This document shows positions 1 to 11,551 of a stretch of DNA of 64,000 nucleotides, piece by piece (the first letter of the stretch is position 1; the number at the start of each line of letters is the position of its first letter). This DNA comes from Basidiobolus meristosporus CBS 931.73. Its lineage: Eukaryota > Fungi > Basidiobolomycota. The notes under the pieces were generated by a model. The model was given only the letters and a program-made list of their open reading frames with translations, did no database searches and was not told where the DNA came from. The stretch is taken from the NCBI GenBank assembly GCA_002104905.1, contig MCFE01000094.1:110872-174871 (forward strand), in the 5' to 3' direction. Made by a program: the position numbers and the translations under genes.

Positions 1-2
1 CG

Positions 3-242
3 ATTCAATCCTCCGTCGAGGATCTAGAATTCCTCGGCTATCTAAACGACGAAAGCGGGGAAAGGAACATGCTGGACGAAGAAATCCTCGACGAGGAAGG
101 GGATAAGTACCCTGCTGACTCATTGCTCTTCATGAGGCCGGTGGAGCTGGAGGAAACGATCGAGGAGAGAGAAGCACCGATGATCCACCCTAACGATAAA
201 ACCAAGAAGAGCAAGAATAAGAGCAAAAAAGGGAAGAAATAG
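3..242 (+). CDS. 3' end of a gene entering from the left edge (acidic region, Lys-rich C-terminus)
   Basis: Frame 3 is open from the window edge: IQSSVEDLEFLGYLNDESGERNMLDEEILDEEG...KTKKSKNKSKKGKK, TAG at 240-242. The minus-strand ORFs listed here look like shadows of it. Confidence 0.55.
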   Translation: MQSSVEDLEFLGYLNDESGERNMLDEEILDEEGDKYPADSLLFMRPVELEETIEEREAPMIHPNDKTKKSKNKSKKGKK

Positions 243-948
243 GTGTGCATGCCAAGGACCCAGAGCGTCACCGTCCTCAAGGAATCGATGAAGTGATTTA
301 ACCGAGCCCACTTGGGCCAACAATCCAGACGAAACGGCCATCCAATGGGATGCCAACGAAATTTCCTTTGTAGTTTTAAGTTGATAGTCTTTTCATTCTC
401 AAGTAAATACAAACATGTAGTTCAGTGAAATTTCCGTTAATCTTCTTTTCTTTACGCCTCACAGATGGCTTTATTCCTACTTGTATTCAACTCCCGTCAC
501 TTAATCCGTCGATTCTCTATCCGTCCTCAAATCAACTGTTAACAATAAATCCAGAAATCTCCTCAAAGTTGGTCTGACGCGGGTGAATGTTGACCAAGGA
601 TGACTCGACGCATAACTCGCTAGGCTATTGGTATTCGGGCCATCTGGAAGTTCCACTTTCTCATTGAACTGTTATTTTAATCTTTTTTACTTTCACACCA
701 GCTGATCGGTCCTCGGTGGCCATTGAGTGTTATTTTTATGACTGTCAATACTGCTGGAGTGACTCACATCGTGACGTGCCATGTCATATTGAAGTTTCCA
801 GTTAAAATATTCACTTTAATCATATTTGTATTGTTCATTGGTGTCTAGTCATACTAGATTTAAAATCCGTTACTTTATACAGCAAATTTATAGAAATGAT
901 AATGCGCTAGAAATCAACGAAGCCAAACATCAATCCACGACATCATCC

Positions 949-2012
949 TTATTCATGATCTTCCAACAAGCCTTGTTGTTCAGGTCTAGCATCCTTGGTA
1001 ATCTTAGAGGATAACGATTTCTCGTTTTTGGACAAATGGTCGGGCAAAAATGAAGCGTTTTGTTCTGTATCTCCGCGAGCTTGTCTTCTCAAATTTTTGA
1101 GGCGCAAGAAGAGAAGAGTTGGAAGGGCGAACAAGAACACGATAACGGCAACAATGCTCATCCAAATCAAAGCAAAGAATTGAAGTCCACCAACATGCTC
1201 ATTTGCCCAGTTTTCGACCTTCTCAACCGCATCATAGTACCAGCGTTCGAAAGACTCGGCCGCACTATTGAGATAAGCTTGGATACTCTTAATAGCGCGT
1301 GACAGACGTCTTCCGCCACAACCGTGTGTGGGTACGTTTTGTTCGTCGTCTAGTTCCGAGAACGGCATCCAAGGTTGGTTTCCTTCGGGTCGATAATACA
1401 CCTTATCGAGTGGTAGCTTGTTAGGGGGATAGACCGTAATATCGCCATTTTCTGGTAGGTCAATTACAACCTGAACCACCTCATCCTGTGCGACGCTCTT
1501 ATCCAAAACTTGAGTTTGTAAGACCACACGAGGGACAAATAGGTCTTGGTCTTCATCATATTCAACATCGGCCCAGGCGTACATCTTTACAGGAAGTAAG
1601 TCCGGTGATTGATTCATCAGCTCTGCCTCATAAAGATCGACTTTATCATCAACATCGATGGCATACACAGGGACGTTACGATAGAACATTGGACCTTCAT
1701 CAATCAACTAATAAGATAAAATTGGTTAACAATAGCCGGCAGCCAAAATATTGATTAGAGAGGTACCTGTCTTTCGTCAATCTTCAAGTTCAAGGCCAGT
1801 ATACGAGCTTGCCCTGAGAAGTCACCGTTTTCATCCACAACCTGGTCGATTTGATTAATGGAGATAGCAAGAACTTTGGTTTTTGGAGACACATGCAGGG
1901 TTTCCACATTCACGGTTAAATCTTCAACAAAATACTCATCCAAGGGAAAGGAATTCACCAGCAACAAGGACGAGAGAAGGAAGAAAAAAAGAAGCTTTAA
2001 CTTCGATATCAT
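949..2012 (-). CDS. Uncharacterised type I membrane protein (signal peptide, acidic ectodomain, one TM helix); 2 exons
   Basis: ORF 1755-2012 starts with a signal peptide (MISKLKLLFFFLLSSLLLVNSFP). A CAG|GTACCT...TTATTAG intron joins it in frame to ORF 949-1707, which has a TM segment (LQFFALIWMSIVAVIVFLFALPTLLFL). Confidence 0.75.
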
Positions 2013-2994
2013 GGCTTAGTGGAAGATAGTACGGAAAGCGTAGTCACAGACTGTGTTTTATAATCAAGTAATTTGGGAATAAATACAGGTAGAGGTTAAA
2101 ATGGATGAAGTACAAGGGAATTACAACGGAGGCGGCTATTTAAGCCGTAGGAATGTGCGTCATCTTAATCATCCCAAACTGGATTCCCCGATAATGAAAT
2201 CACCTTGCAATGGCTGCGTAACTTTTCAATGGTCAGTTGCGTTTACCGTATGGAGCCGATTGTCTCATAAAAGATCCCTGAGCCAATCGATTCTTCACCC
2301 TTTGATAATAATAAGAGACCGACATTTCCGTTATCATTTCATTATGCAAGATCCCCTTGATTCTATCGCTCAAGCAAACCACCCAAGAAATGATGAAATT
2401 AATTAGGATCAGATCCTCAGTCCAATCATCGAGTCAGCTGATGATTCATGTTCTCAGCGCTGCGGTGGATTAACCCTGTGTGGTGATTGTGATCTGAAGT
2501 GCATCTATTGTTCGAGCGTATGCAAACAATGCATGGAGCGCTATTGCAGAGGAAGAATGGCAACTGCGCATTGAACGACTTGGACTCACTACTCGCTTGA
2601 ATGCAATCAATGATCAGGATCCAAAAACAGAGAGCAGGTCTTTGTCACGACTGGGTTGTACTCGCAAGCCTGATCAAGGCGAACTGCAATACTGACTACA
2701 GGAATGTGGCAACCACTGATGGCAAGAGGATGATCTCAGCGCGGCCGATTTCCTAAGAATGGCCGAGCTAAAGGCAAGATGCGCTTACCTTTCAATTATT
2801 TTGCTCTTGTGAAGCAAGACAGCAGTGTGTTTGGCCAATGATTGTGATGAGCTCTCTTGAAATCAATATTGCTACATCGATTGAAAACCTGTCAAGACTT
2901 GTTTGAAGCGCCGTAGTGGTGAGTCGTCATGTCTCACGATATCGAGGTTCAACTTATATAATCATAGGGAACGATGGTGGATCCTTCAGTCAAC

Positions 2995-3656
2995 ATGAGT
3001 TTGATGGATAACTTCTACTTTCTGGCATTCTTGCTAGTTCTCGCAGGAATTGCAATCGCAATACAATCAGGTTAAGATATACCATTTGGTTAGCTTACTT
3101 AACTATCAAATTGACTCGATCTTAGGGAGCAACAGTACTATGGGGAGGATCGCTGGCAAAACGTTCTCCTCCGTGAATTCCTTTATCACAGGCTTGATTC
3201 CACTGTTCATCGTCTTCTTGATAGAAAGCAAAGGAGTCACCAAGACGATGGTTACCGCCGAATCCGTAGCACGTAAGTCATCTTATGCTCCGCACCTGAA
3301 ACATCTTTATTGAACCGATGACTCTTTCTGGAGATGTCCCCTGGTGGGGTTGGATTGGGGGAATGCTGGGAACGATCTATGTATTATCCCAGATCTTTGT
3401 GGTGCCCAAAATTGGGGCCGCCAACTTCACCGGAGTTCTCGTGTCCACACAATTAACCACTGCCGTATTAATGGATAACTGGGGGATTGTTGGAGTCCCT
3501 CAGAGAAGCTTGACTCTCTATCGAGGCCTTGGTCTTGCCGGATTACTCATCAGCGTATTTGTGATCACGCAAAGTGCCGGTGCGCCGCAGACCGCCCCTA
3601 AAGAAGAAACCGTAGTTGACTTGGAAGAGAAAAAGACGAATATCAGCGAAGCATAA
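2995..3656 (+). CDS. DMT-superfamily small membrane transporter, YdcZ/DUF606-like; 3 exons
   Basis: MSLMDNFYFLAFLLVLAGIAIAIQSG, then (GT-AG intron) ...NSTMGRIAGKTFSSVNSFITG, then PWWGWIGGMLGTIYV...VPKIGAANFTGVLVSTQLTTAVLMDNWG, which fits the YdcZ pattern (PWW.w.GG..G; GQL..a...D.fG). Confidence 0.8.
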
Positions 3657-4377
3657 GCATAAGCATCCCCTCCTCTAGTATCGCAGAATGTAAATACCAT
3701 AACACGCCAGATTTTGCTTTTGCATTTTCTTGCCTGAATGAAAGAGACACACCAAATCAACCTCTTCTATTATTGAATTGATTTTGTTGGATTTAGAAGC
3801 TCTAGGAACCTCAGCCTAAATGGTTAAATTATTATCGTGGTGGGGACCATGATGGATTGCCGTTGTGGAACATAGAGGATTAAATAATGGCGGGGACCTC
3901 ACATCGGTCGCTGTTTGCCGAAGAGGATAGGCCGGTTTCTGAGGTCATTTCCGAAACGGATTCACTACAGATCTTGGGTGAATGATCGAAGAATGGACCG
4001 ACCAGGATCGAAGGCGAAGGCGGTGGTGTACCCAGTCTCGCCGGTCCTTTTCCTACTAAACGGATGTCTCGAAAAATCTAGCCATTGGGCGTGGCTGAAA
4101 TGACAGGGGTATCGCCCATTATGCCTAAGCCTCGAAAATCAGAAATTTTCTCACGAGGCCAATGTATTGCAATACAAGCCTGATACAATGGAGCAGCGAC
4201 AGCTAATGAATATGATTTAACCGAACTGGAGCAATCTGAATTTCCCACATCGACGGCCTCCACTAAGCCATCCCACATGATACACCCAAGCTACCAAAAG
4301 CCACTCCTTCAAATATATATACTTCCAGGAATCGACTTGTTTCATTTGATTTTAATACTCAGCTCAACATTAGTCCC

Positions 4378-5025
4378 ATGTCTCTACGTGCAATTTATGG
4401 CAGTTTGAACCAAACTTTCGGCCTGGTTACTAAGAGGTCTGCCCCAGTTCTTTCGGTGGCTGCTCGTCTCTCGACCTCAGTCACTCCACCAAAGGTAATT
4501 GGATTCACGGAAGCTATATACTATATATTCCAGATTTAACGAAGGAAACTTAGGATTCGGCGGTATGGAAGTTGGGTCATCTCAACCACGTCGCCATCGC
4601 CGTTCCAGATCTAGAGCAATCCACCAAGTTTTATCGGGACACCTTGGGCGCCGAAGTCAGTGAAAAGATGGTCAGTACACTACCGCCACTCCTTTCCCCG
4701 TAGGCCTGTGTTAATATATCTTTAGCCTCAACCAGAGCACGGTGTCTATACAGTCTTCGTTCAACTAGGAAACACGAAGATTGAGTTGCTGCACCCTCTC
4801 GGAGAAAAAAGCCCTATCCAAAACTTCCTTGACAAGAACAAAAATGGAGGAATCCACCACGTATGCATCGAGGTAGATAATATTAAGAATGCTATGGCAG
4901 ACCTCGTGGGTAAGAAGATCCGAACCCTATCGAGCGAGCCAAAGATTGGAGCGCATGGCAAGCCTGTGGTATTCCTGCATCCTAAAGATTGCGGTGGAGT
5001 GTTGGTAGAACTGGAGCAGAAATAA
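4378..5025 (+). CDS. MCEE: Methylmalonyl-CoA epimerase, mitochondrial (VOC fold); 3 exons
   Basis: Presequence-like exon 1 MSLRAIYGSLNQTFGLVTKRSAPVLSVAARLSTS; exon 2 WKLGHLNHVAIAVPDLE; exon 3 PQPEHGVYTVFVQLGNTKIELLHPLG...GGIHHVCIEVD...KIGAHGKPVVFLHPKDCGGVLVELEQ. Confidence 0.93.
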
Positions 5026-5472
5026 GTTTACTCCATGTGTTCAAGCCAACGTTCCTTGTGGACATTCATTACCCCATAAGCACCAAGAGTTCCGTCATTC
5101 TCGTATAGTCATACTGAAATCACATCATTAAAATGCCCATTGCATCTATGCCTATTTTGCTGTCAGTGTTATTGGCATACTGGACCCTCATGATGTGTAG
5201 AAGACTGGCTCCCAAAAAGGAAGCTCGCCACCCCCAAAGTAGAATCCGGCTTGGTTGGCACTTGTTCACAGGCAATAGGGCTGTATATATATATGGATGA
5301 ATGTAAGACTACGTGATAGAACGACTTATTTATAATTGGTGAGACATGGTATGTAAACAAGAGGGTAGCAGATAACAACTGGTTGCAAAGAGTTCACGTA
5401 CAACGCCTCTAGAAAAGAATTAGTGATGTAACGGTGATTAGACAGATATCTACTATGGAGTACTGCATAGAT

Positions 5473-7954
5473 CTAGATTCGGTTCATTATAGCTACCGAG
5501 GCTAAAAAGACAACTAGCTTGAAGGCTGGCGAAGATGTAAACCTAGGTAACTCGAAGAAACCCTCACTTTCCTCCACATTTTCTTCGCTCAACAACCCCG
5601 TAGTGGCTTCAGAGGTATCTTGCTTACGGGTAGGCTTTTTGGTGCTACATATCCAACTGGTTAGTTCCCCAGTCACCCCAGCCAGAATATGGGAAAGAAA
5701 GACGAAAACTGTTGACATTATGATGAAGTTCAACCAAAAGAGGTTTGGTGAGTCGAAGATAGTGAGCAACCCTTTTGTGTCTGCTGCTAACCACATGTGG
5801 AACTGGCATAGGAAGGTTTCCAGAGAGCATTTCCCGAAGAATAAGAAGAATTGTGACGTGGTTTTTCGTAGTCTCTCCGTTGCATTTCTAAGGATAACAA
5901 ATGCCAGGATCGGGAGCCATGAGACATATGGATGGTAGCGGTTGTATTCAAATTTACTTGAACGGCTGAGCTCAAACCAGAAGAACCATACGATTGTCAC
6001 CACCGAGAAGACGACAGCGTACCTTCTAATGGATCGCCAGTGTGGGTGTTCGTGGAATTGATACTCGTGGTATTTGATGTTCAGGAAGGCGACCAGCATC
6101 CCGATGAACACTATCCATATGTCCAACCCCATTCTGAACCGCCACTCGTTGGCGGACCACCCAGTGCAGTTGAACACGACTCCCAAAAACCGAAACAGAG
6201 CCTCCAGAACGCCAGGAGTGTATACAACTGCATGGCAAGCCAGGGCTGAGAGGGCGATCTTGACCAACAAGAATCCAGTGTTCTTGTTGTATTGGCAGAA
6301 TAGAAACATTGAGAAGTAAATGACAATAAACCACACGGTGACCAGCGGTGAGAAATAGTAGGACAGATAGGTTGTGTTCATGGCGTAGGTCATGAAAAAT
6401 GTCAGAAGGTTCAGCCGAACAAGGACGCTAAGAACACGGCTCAGGCCAAAATCGCCTTTCTTGTAGAAGAAAACGAAATGGCCGTAACCAGTCATGAACA
6501 AATAGGACGCGACAAGGATCCTGACCGGGTTGTATATTCCTGAAACTCCAGATGCGCCAACATAATGGTATATTAGGATGACAATCTGCATCCAGCCTTT
6601 CCATTCGTCGGTTTGGAAGCGATTCAAGAATGATGAATCCTCCTTTTCTTGGAGAGTACAGTAAGCCACCAAAAGCGTCAAAAGGGTCAGCACCGTAAAC
6701 GTTATTCCACTGAACATTTTGTGCACTTTTCCGAATAATGCCGTTCTATCGCATAGAAATAGGTATAAGATACTAATGCCGAACGTGACCAAGGCCCATA
6801 GGATAGGTGAGCTAGGCAAGAATGTGTTGACCACCCGTCGTGATCTATCCTTGAACGAGTTCGCTGATGAAGTGGACCGTTAGTGACCTTTGAGCTGCAT
6901 TATGGATCAGAAAAGGATGCTTACCATATTTTCTTAGCAGTAAGCCCATTGGTATCAGAACAATGAACACTCCCCATACAAGAAATTGCTGAGGGTTAGG
7001 AAGCGGATACTGATAGCAGCAAGTGGTGGTCAAGGGAGGCGTCTCCGATAGCAATTGGCCGTTGCAACGGAAGTTGAATAGGATATCTGATGCTATATCA
7101 GTCACCTTGTTCGAGTAATGCAATCCATCTTCTGTCTCTGTAGGTGCTAGTTGGGACATCTTGTCCCACGCGTAAGGAATAGTTAAATGCCCCTGGTAAT
7201 TCTTGAGATACGAATTCATTTGGTCAACACCGTCAGGGGTAATTGTGGCCCTGCGGTCTGAGTTCAGTTTGTCGTAGTTCGGGGTGAGGACAGGCGACAG
7301 GATGAAGGCCAGAGGGCTACTTTGGACTTGGTTTGCGATGCGATCGATCTGTGATTTCCACAAGTTGAAACTATCGTCTACATAACGGAGGTACCAGAGT
7401 CCAGTCCCAGCAACCAAAGTATCAACATTGGAGTTGGCAGAGCCACCTGATATTATCTCCTCCACTTTGCTGGTGTTGAGATATGAGTCCCAGATGAAAT
7501 CGACAATGATATCTTTGGATTTGTCTTCGTAGCGTAAGTCCGCATGAACCTTTTCACCAAACTTTCGTGTAGGGTTCAGCCGTCTGACCACCGCAAAAAA
7601 TAGGTTTCGAACGATAGAATCGCCTGCGAATACTATGCGAGAACCCTCCATACACTTGATACTATCGTTCGTGGAATATTGATGCATCATACAGCCTCTC
7701 GGCTGCCATTTTCCATGGTTGGAGTCTAGCCAGTAGCCAGAATCAAGCATGTTGTTGCAACTGTCTTGCGTAGCTGTTTCGTAAAGAAAAGGTTGGTATG
7801 AAGGGAAACACGGTGGTCAAAAGGGGTAGACCGAATTCTTACTTGAGAAGGACGCCAAAAATGAAAATAGCAATACGGCCGCTAGCACCCACCAACAGGT
7901 AACTTCGACCGTCTCCCAGCGCCAAGACCATTTCGAAAACTTCTCTTGTGCCAT
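5473..7954 (-). CDS. Cas1p/CASD1-like O-acetyltransferase (PC-esterase/SGNH domain plus multi-TM Cas1_AcylT domain)
   Basis: ORF 6845-7750 has WQPRGCMMHQY, IVFAGDSIVRNLF and DGLHY. ORF 5473-6834 has QTDEWKGWMQIVILIYHY, RILVASYLFMTGYGHF, EWRFRMGLD and GKCSLETFLCQFHMWLAAD. Probable ATG at 7954 (MAQEKFSKWSWRWE...). Confidence 0.9.
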
Positions 7955-9666
7955 AATCTGGTAGTGTTGTCAAGATGCTTTACCACCGTGAGAGAAAGGT
8001 TAAATCCTTCAAGATGCAATGCGATCAGGAGTAAAAAACGATGCCTTTACACCATGGCCAATCAGCATGCCAATGGTATTTAAATAATCATGTACTACGC
8101 TTCAAGACCTGAAATCCTTGCAGGACGCTTGGGTTTTCAGAGCAATGTGTTTCCTGTACCATTCTTCAGGCCTGAGCCATCCAATCACCTAAGCGTATGA
8201 CTGTGAAGATTCCACTCGACCAATCTATTCCCTCTTTTGGTGGCCTTGGTAACTGGGTTGACGAGTTACATTATCAACCGATTAATTAGTGCTTCAAACC
8301 TAATGAGGGTCACTCCGTTGTAACTCGCGCAGCTTATCAGACATCGATTGAGCTGATGAGCAAATGCACTATATCGCACTGGAATTACCGATTTCTCCGA
8401 CAGATGTCGATTCCGTCCAGGATGGTTACATTCGGTGCAGTCAATTACCTGCCCCTATTTGAGCCAGTTCCTGTACCGATGAAGCAGAATCGGCAAATCC
8501 ACCTGGACCCACTGGTATTCTAACCCTTGGCCGTTGATAACTCGGGTTAGATGCTCTTAAGACCAGGAAGGGGGCAATGTCACCTCTGCATCCCACAGGG
8601 CAAGGTTAAAGGAGATTTAATGATTTTGTGTAGCCAATGTTGTTGCGCAGTTTCATATACGGCTTAGCATGACGGCGTTTATAGCAATAGCTGAATCGAT
8701 TTGTTGATATTCACACCCCAGTGTAACGGTGCGAGTTCCCTGAGCGGAGGAACATTAGGGAGGGCGAATTGAACTCCTGGTCAGTGGGCAGTGGCAAACC
8801 GTGGTGCACTTGCATCCCATCTGATCCATTGAGGATGGGTGTTAGTTGCCCCGCACTCCCTTACCCGACGGGAAACACTGATCGGCAACAACGACTAAGG
8901 AGCAGAAGCATCTTGACGTAATCGTGAATGCCCAGCGCCTTAGGCGAGCTGCTAGTCACGGTGGCAGAGATAAGCACGAAGTTGATACAAAAGGCGAATT
9001 AAGCTTAATGGGAGCCAATTGCCTGAATCGCTGGATTATCGAAAAATCCCCAGCCAAATTCAATTATGCTTAAACCTCAACGATACGACGGCCCTCTCCT
9101 CATGGTCCCCATTGCCACCCATGTTCCCATCAGTATGATTCAGTGAACAAGAATTGATTGCCTGATTTAGGAAGCCATCGTAAGTCTAGAGCAGTGGGGA
9201 ATGTTGAGTCAGTCGGCTTACACAGAGTAATACCCATGAATCAGCCAATCGCCAGATGGAAAGCCCATATCTACTAGGATATTGGGGTCCGACTATATTA
9301 ATGAATTTGAATCCGGTGGCAACCATTGATTGCCGTGGAAGAATTCAAAGATTCAACCCAATAAGGTCAGGTGCTTGGCTGTGTACAATCATGGAAATCG
9401 GTGTAGCATAAAATCACTTTCATTTCCATAACTAACAACACTTCGCAGGTAGCCTTGTGACAGGTAGGAATGCAAGTCCTATCTAGGCTGAGCGATGCCC
9501 TCTTCATTACTTCATGTTTGGCGAGGGCATCCCATCGAACGGTCTGGATCAACTGAAGACTTTTATTTTTAAGCACTAGTGGGCACATCCGTTTCCCTTC
9601 ATCGTCCTGTGCCCTGCCCTTTGTCCATCTTCGCCATCCCTTCCCACCCCGCTCCTTTCTATCGCT

Positions 9667-10000
9667 ATGCGTACACCAACTCTAGATACCCAAAACTACT
9701 ACCCCGTTCCCGGCGTCAAATCCCACAAAAAACTCAAGCGCAATGTACTCTCTCAGGAACAGAAGGAGCGGCAAATCGCCCGACAGGCCTTACTCTTAGA
9801 AGCCGAGAAACACGAGTCTGAGGATGAACATGAGGAGGATACTGGGTGTGCTGGTCTATGTCATAATAAGAACTTGGATTGGTGAACAACCGTCCTAGTA
9901 ACATCCCTCTCGTTGTATATTTCCTACCTAATCTCATCGATGCAATAATAGAAATCATAAACCAATCCGCCCCTTGGCCGGGCTGCGGAGCTGACATCCT
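9667..10000 (+). CDS. Possible small hypothetical protein (charged); exon structure uncertain
   Basis: ORF MRTPTLDTQNYYPVPGVKSHKKLKRNVLSQEQKERQIARQALLLEAEKHESEDEHEED has protein-like composition and a possible downstream GT-AG intron. No family recognised. Confidence 0.25.
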
Positions 10001-10162
10001 CTTCCTTTGCAAGGCCGCTGCCACATTTTACAGTTCACCATCAGCGTTCATCCTTACAGTTCGACTTATCACCTTAGCAGTGATTCTCCATCTCAATTCT
10101 ATGTGTGTTTATTAACGGTTCCGTATGAATGGTAATTAATAAATGGGTTCGCCACCTTGCCC

Positions 10163-11551
10163 TTAAAATATCCCTGACTCATCCAGGCTTTTCTCCCGTA
10201 ATTTGACGAACCTAGGATAGGTGTGTCTGTACATAAGATTCCTTACCTCACACAAGGCTGAGTCGAAAATGTCCGGCGTGATGGTCTTCTCTTGGAAATG
10301 CCGGTGGATCGCTTTGACGGTTGATGCCTCGAGGTTCAACTGAAATTCAGATTGTGCGGAGATGAACGTGTGGTAGATACTGTTTATCTCTAGCAAAAGG
10401 TCGGCTCTGAGGACCCCCTTTTCGTTCGTCGCCTGTTTGCTGTTCACCCGAAGCCTTATACACCTTTCGTAGAAGAGAGCGTTCTCCACGCTGAAGTCTC
10501 TCATCGAGAAATGCTTGAAAAGTTCGAATTGCGTCGAGTCGCCCAGCATGGATTCAAAACTCGCCAGGCTGACCTTACTCTGCTTGTTCAAAGTTCCACG
10601 TATGGCGTCGACGATCGGCAACACGATGCTGAAGATGTGGCTCAACATCAACGCGATCACACACCAGTGGGCCGCAGGAAAAACTTGGTTGAATTCTCGG
10701 AAGAGTGGTATGGCAGCGAAAATGATATAAAGAAGGAAGGAGGCGACGCCTACCGCGAAGTCTGCCATCAGCTCTCTCTTGATGCCATACGCATCATTTA
10801 CCAACTTGAGCCACGAGATAAAGATGGGGCATATAACAAACACGTAGAATCCGCAAGTCAGGAAGATCGGGGCGAACTCCCAGCCCACAAGACAGTTTCC
10901 TCGAGCCACGGTGGGAAGGATGGCGAATTTGGTGCTGAACGATTGAGCAAGCCCAGTGAGAGCGGCTTGGAGCAATATCCCGAGCACTATGAACTTGAAT
11001 GTCGCCTTGGTAGTGAACTTGGACCGATGCCGGTAGTACCAGTTCTCATCCAGAGCCGTGGTCGGAATGAGTGGTGCCGGTTGCTGTTGGGACACGAACG
11101 TCTTTTGCAGAGAATTCAGGTTCACCAGATTTCGATCCTCGCCATGCTCAGTGCAGATGCCAGCTAGCTCGCCATTAACCGAGTTGTTGGATCCTGCCAT
11201 CAATTTCGCCTGGCTGAAATGATACAGAAACGCAAGGCGGAGGAATCTCCCCGCTACTGCCAACAGCCATAGCGGCATCATGATGGAAGATACCCAGAGG
11301 CTAATATAGCAAGGGAACTCATTTATCCAGGGCTCACGGCCCAAATACAGTGTGGTGATTGCGGAGTTCGCAAGGACCATGCACAATGATAGCAATACCC
11401 CTCGATATCGGATGGAGGGAGAGCGGTACCATATTAGATAGAGGGCAGTGGTTAGAATCAAGAAGCTATTCCATCCCAAAGCAAATAGAATGTAAATCTT
11501 TTCTTTGGGAGACCAGCTTTGGAAATCCACAGCAAATGGCATGATATTCAC
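10163..11551 (-). CDS. Multi-pass (7TM-like) membrane protein with C-terminal RGS domain (GprK/AtRGS1-type architecture); single exon
   Basis: About 7 hydrophobic helices followed by RGS motifs: FESMLGDSTQFELFKHFSMRDFSVENALFY, INSIYHTFISAQSEFQLNL, PDIFDSALCEVRNLMYRHTYPRF. Confidence 0.88.
   Translation of the reverse strand: MNIMPFAVDFQSWSPKEKIYILFALGWNSFLILTTALYLIWYRSPSIRYRGVLLSLCMVLANSAITTLYLGREPWINEFPCYISLWVSSIMMPLWLLAVAGRFLRLAFLYHFSQAKLMAGSNNSVNGELAGICTEHGEDRNLVNLNSLQKTFVSQQQPAPLIPTTALDENWYYRHRSKFTTKATFKFIVLGILLQAALTGLAQSFSTKFAILPTVARGNCLVGWEFAPIFLTCGFYVFVICPIFISWLKLVNDAYGIKRELMADFAVGVASFLLYIIFAAIPLFREFNQVFPAAHWCVIALMLSHIFSIVLPIVDAIRGTLNKQSKVSLASFESMLGDSTQFELFKHFSMRDFSVENALFYERCIRLRVNSKQATNEKGVLRADLLLEINSIYHTFISAQSEFQLNLEASTVKAIHRHFQEKTITPDIFDSALCEVRNLMYRHTYPRFVKLREKSLDESGIF

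Noticed and set aside
38-412. Minus-strand 124-aa hydrophobic ORF
   Set aside because: It is the antisense shadow of the acidic/Lys-rich plus-strand gene end at 3-242.
9883-9885. Selenocysteine read-through at the TGA after CAGLCHNKNLDW
   Set aside because: There is no recognisable selenoprotein family or SECIS; splicing or a true stop explains it more simply.
10511-11167. 218-aa plus-strand ORF
   Set aside because: It is antisense to the well-supported 7TM-RGS gene and has no recognisable motifs.
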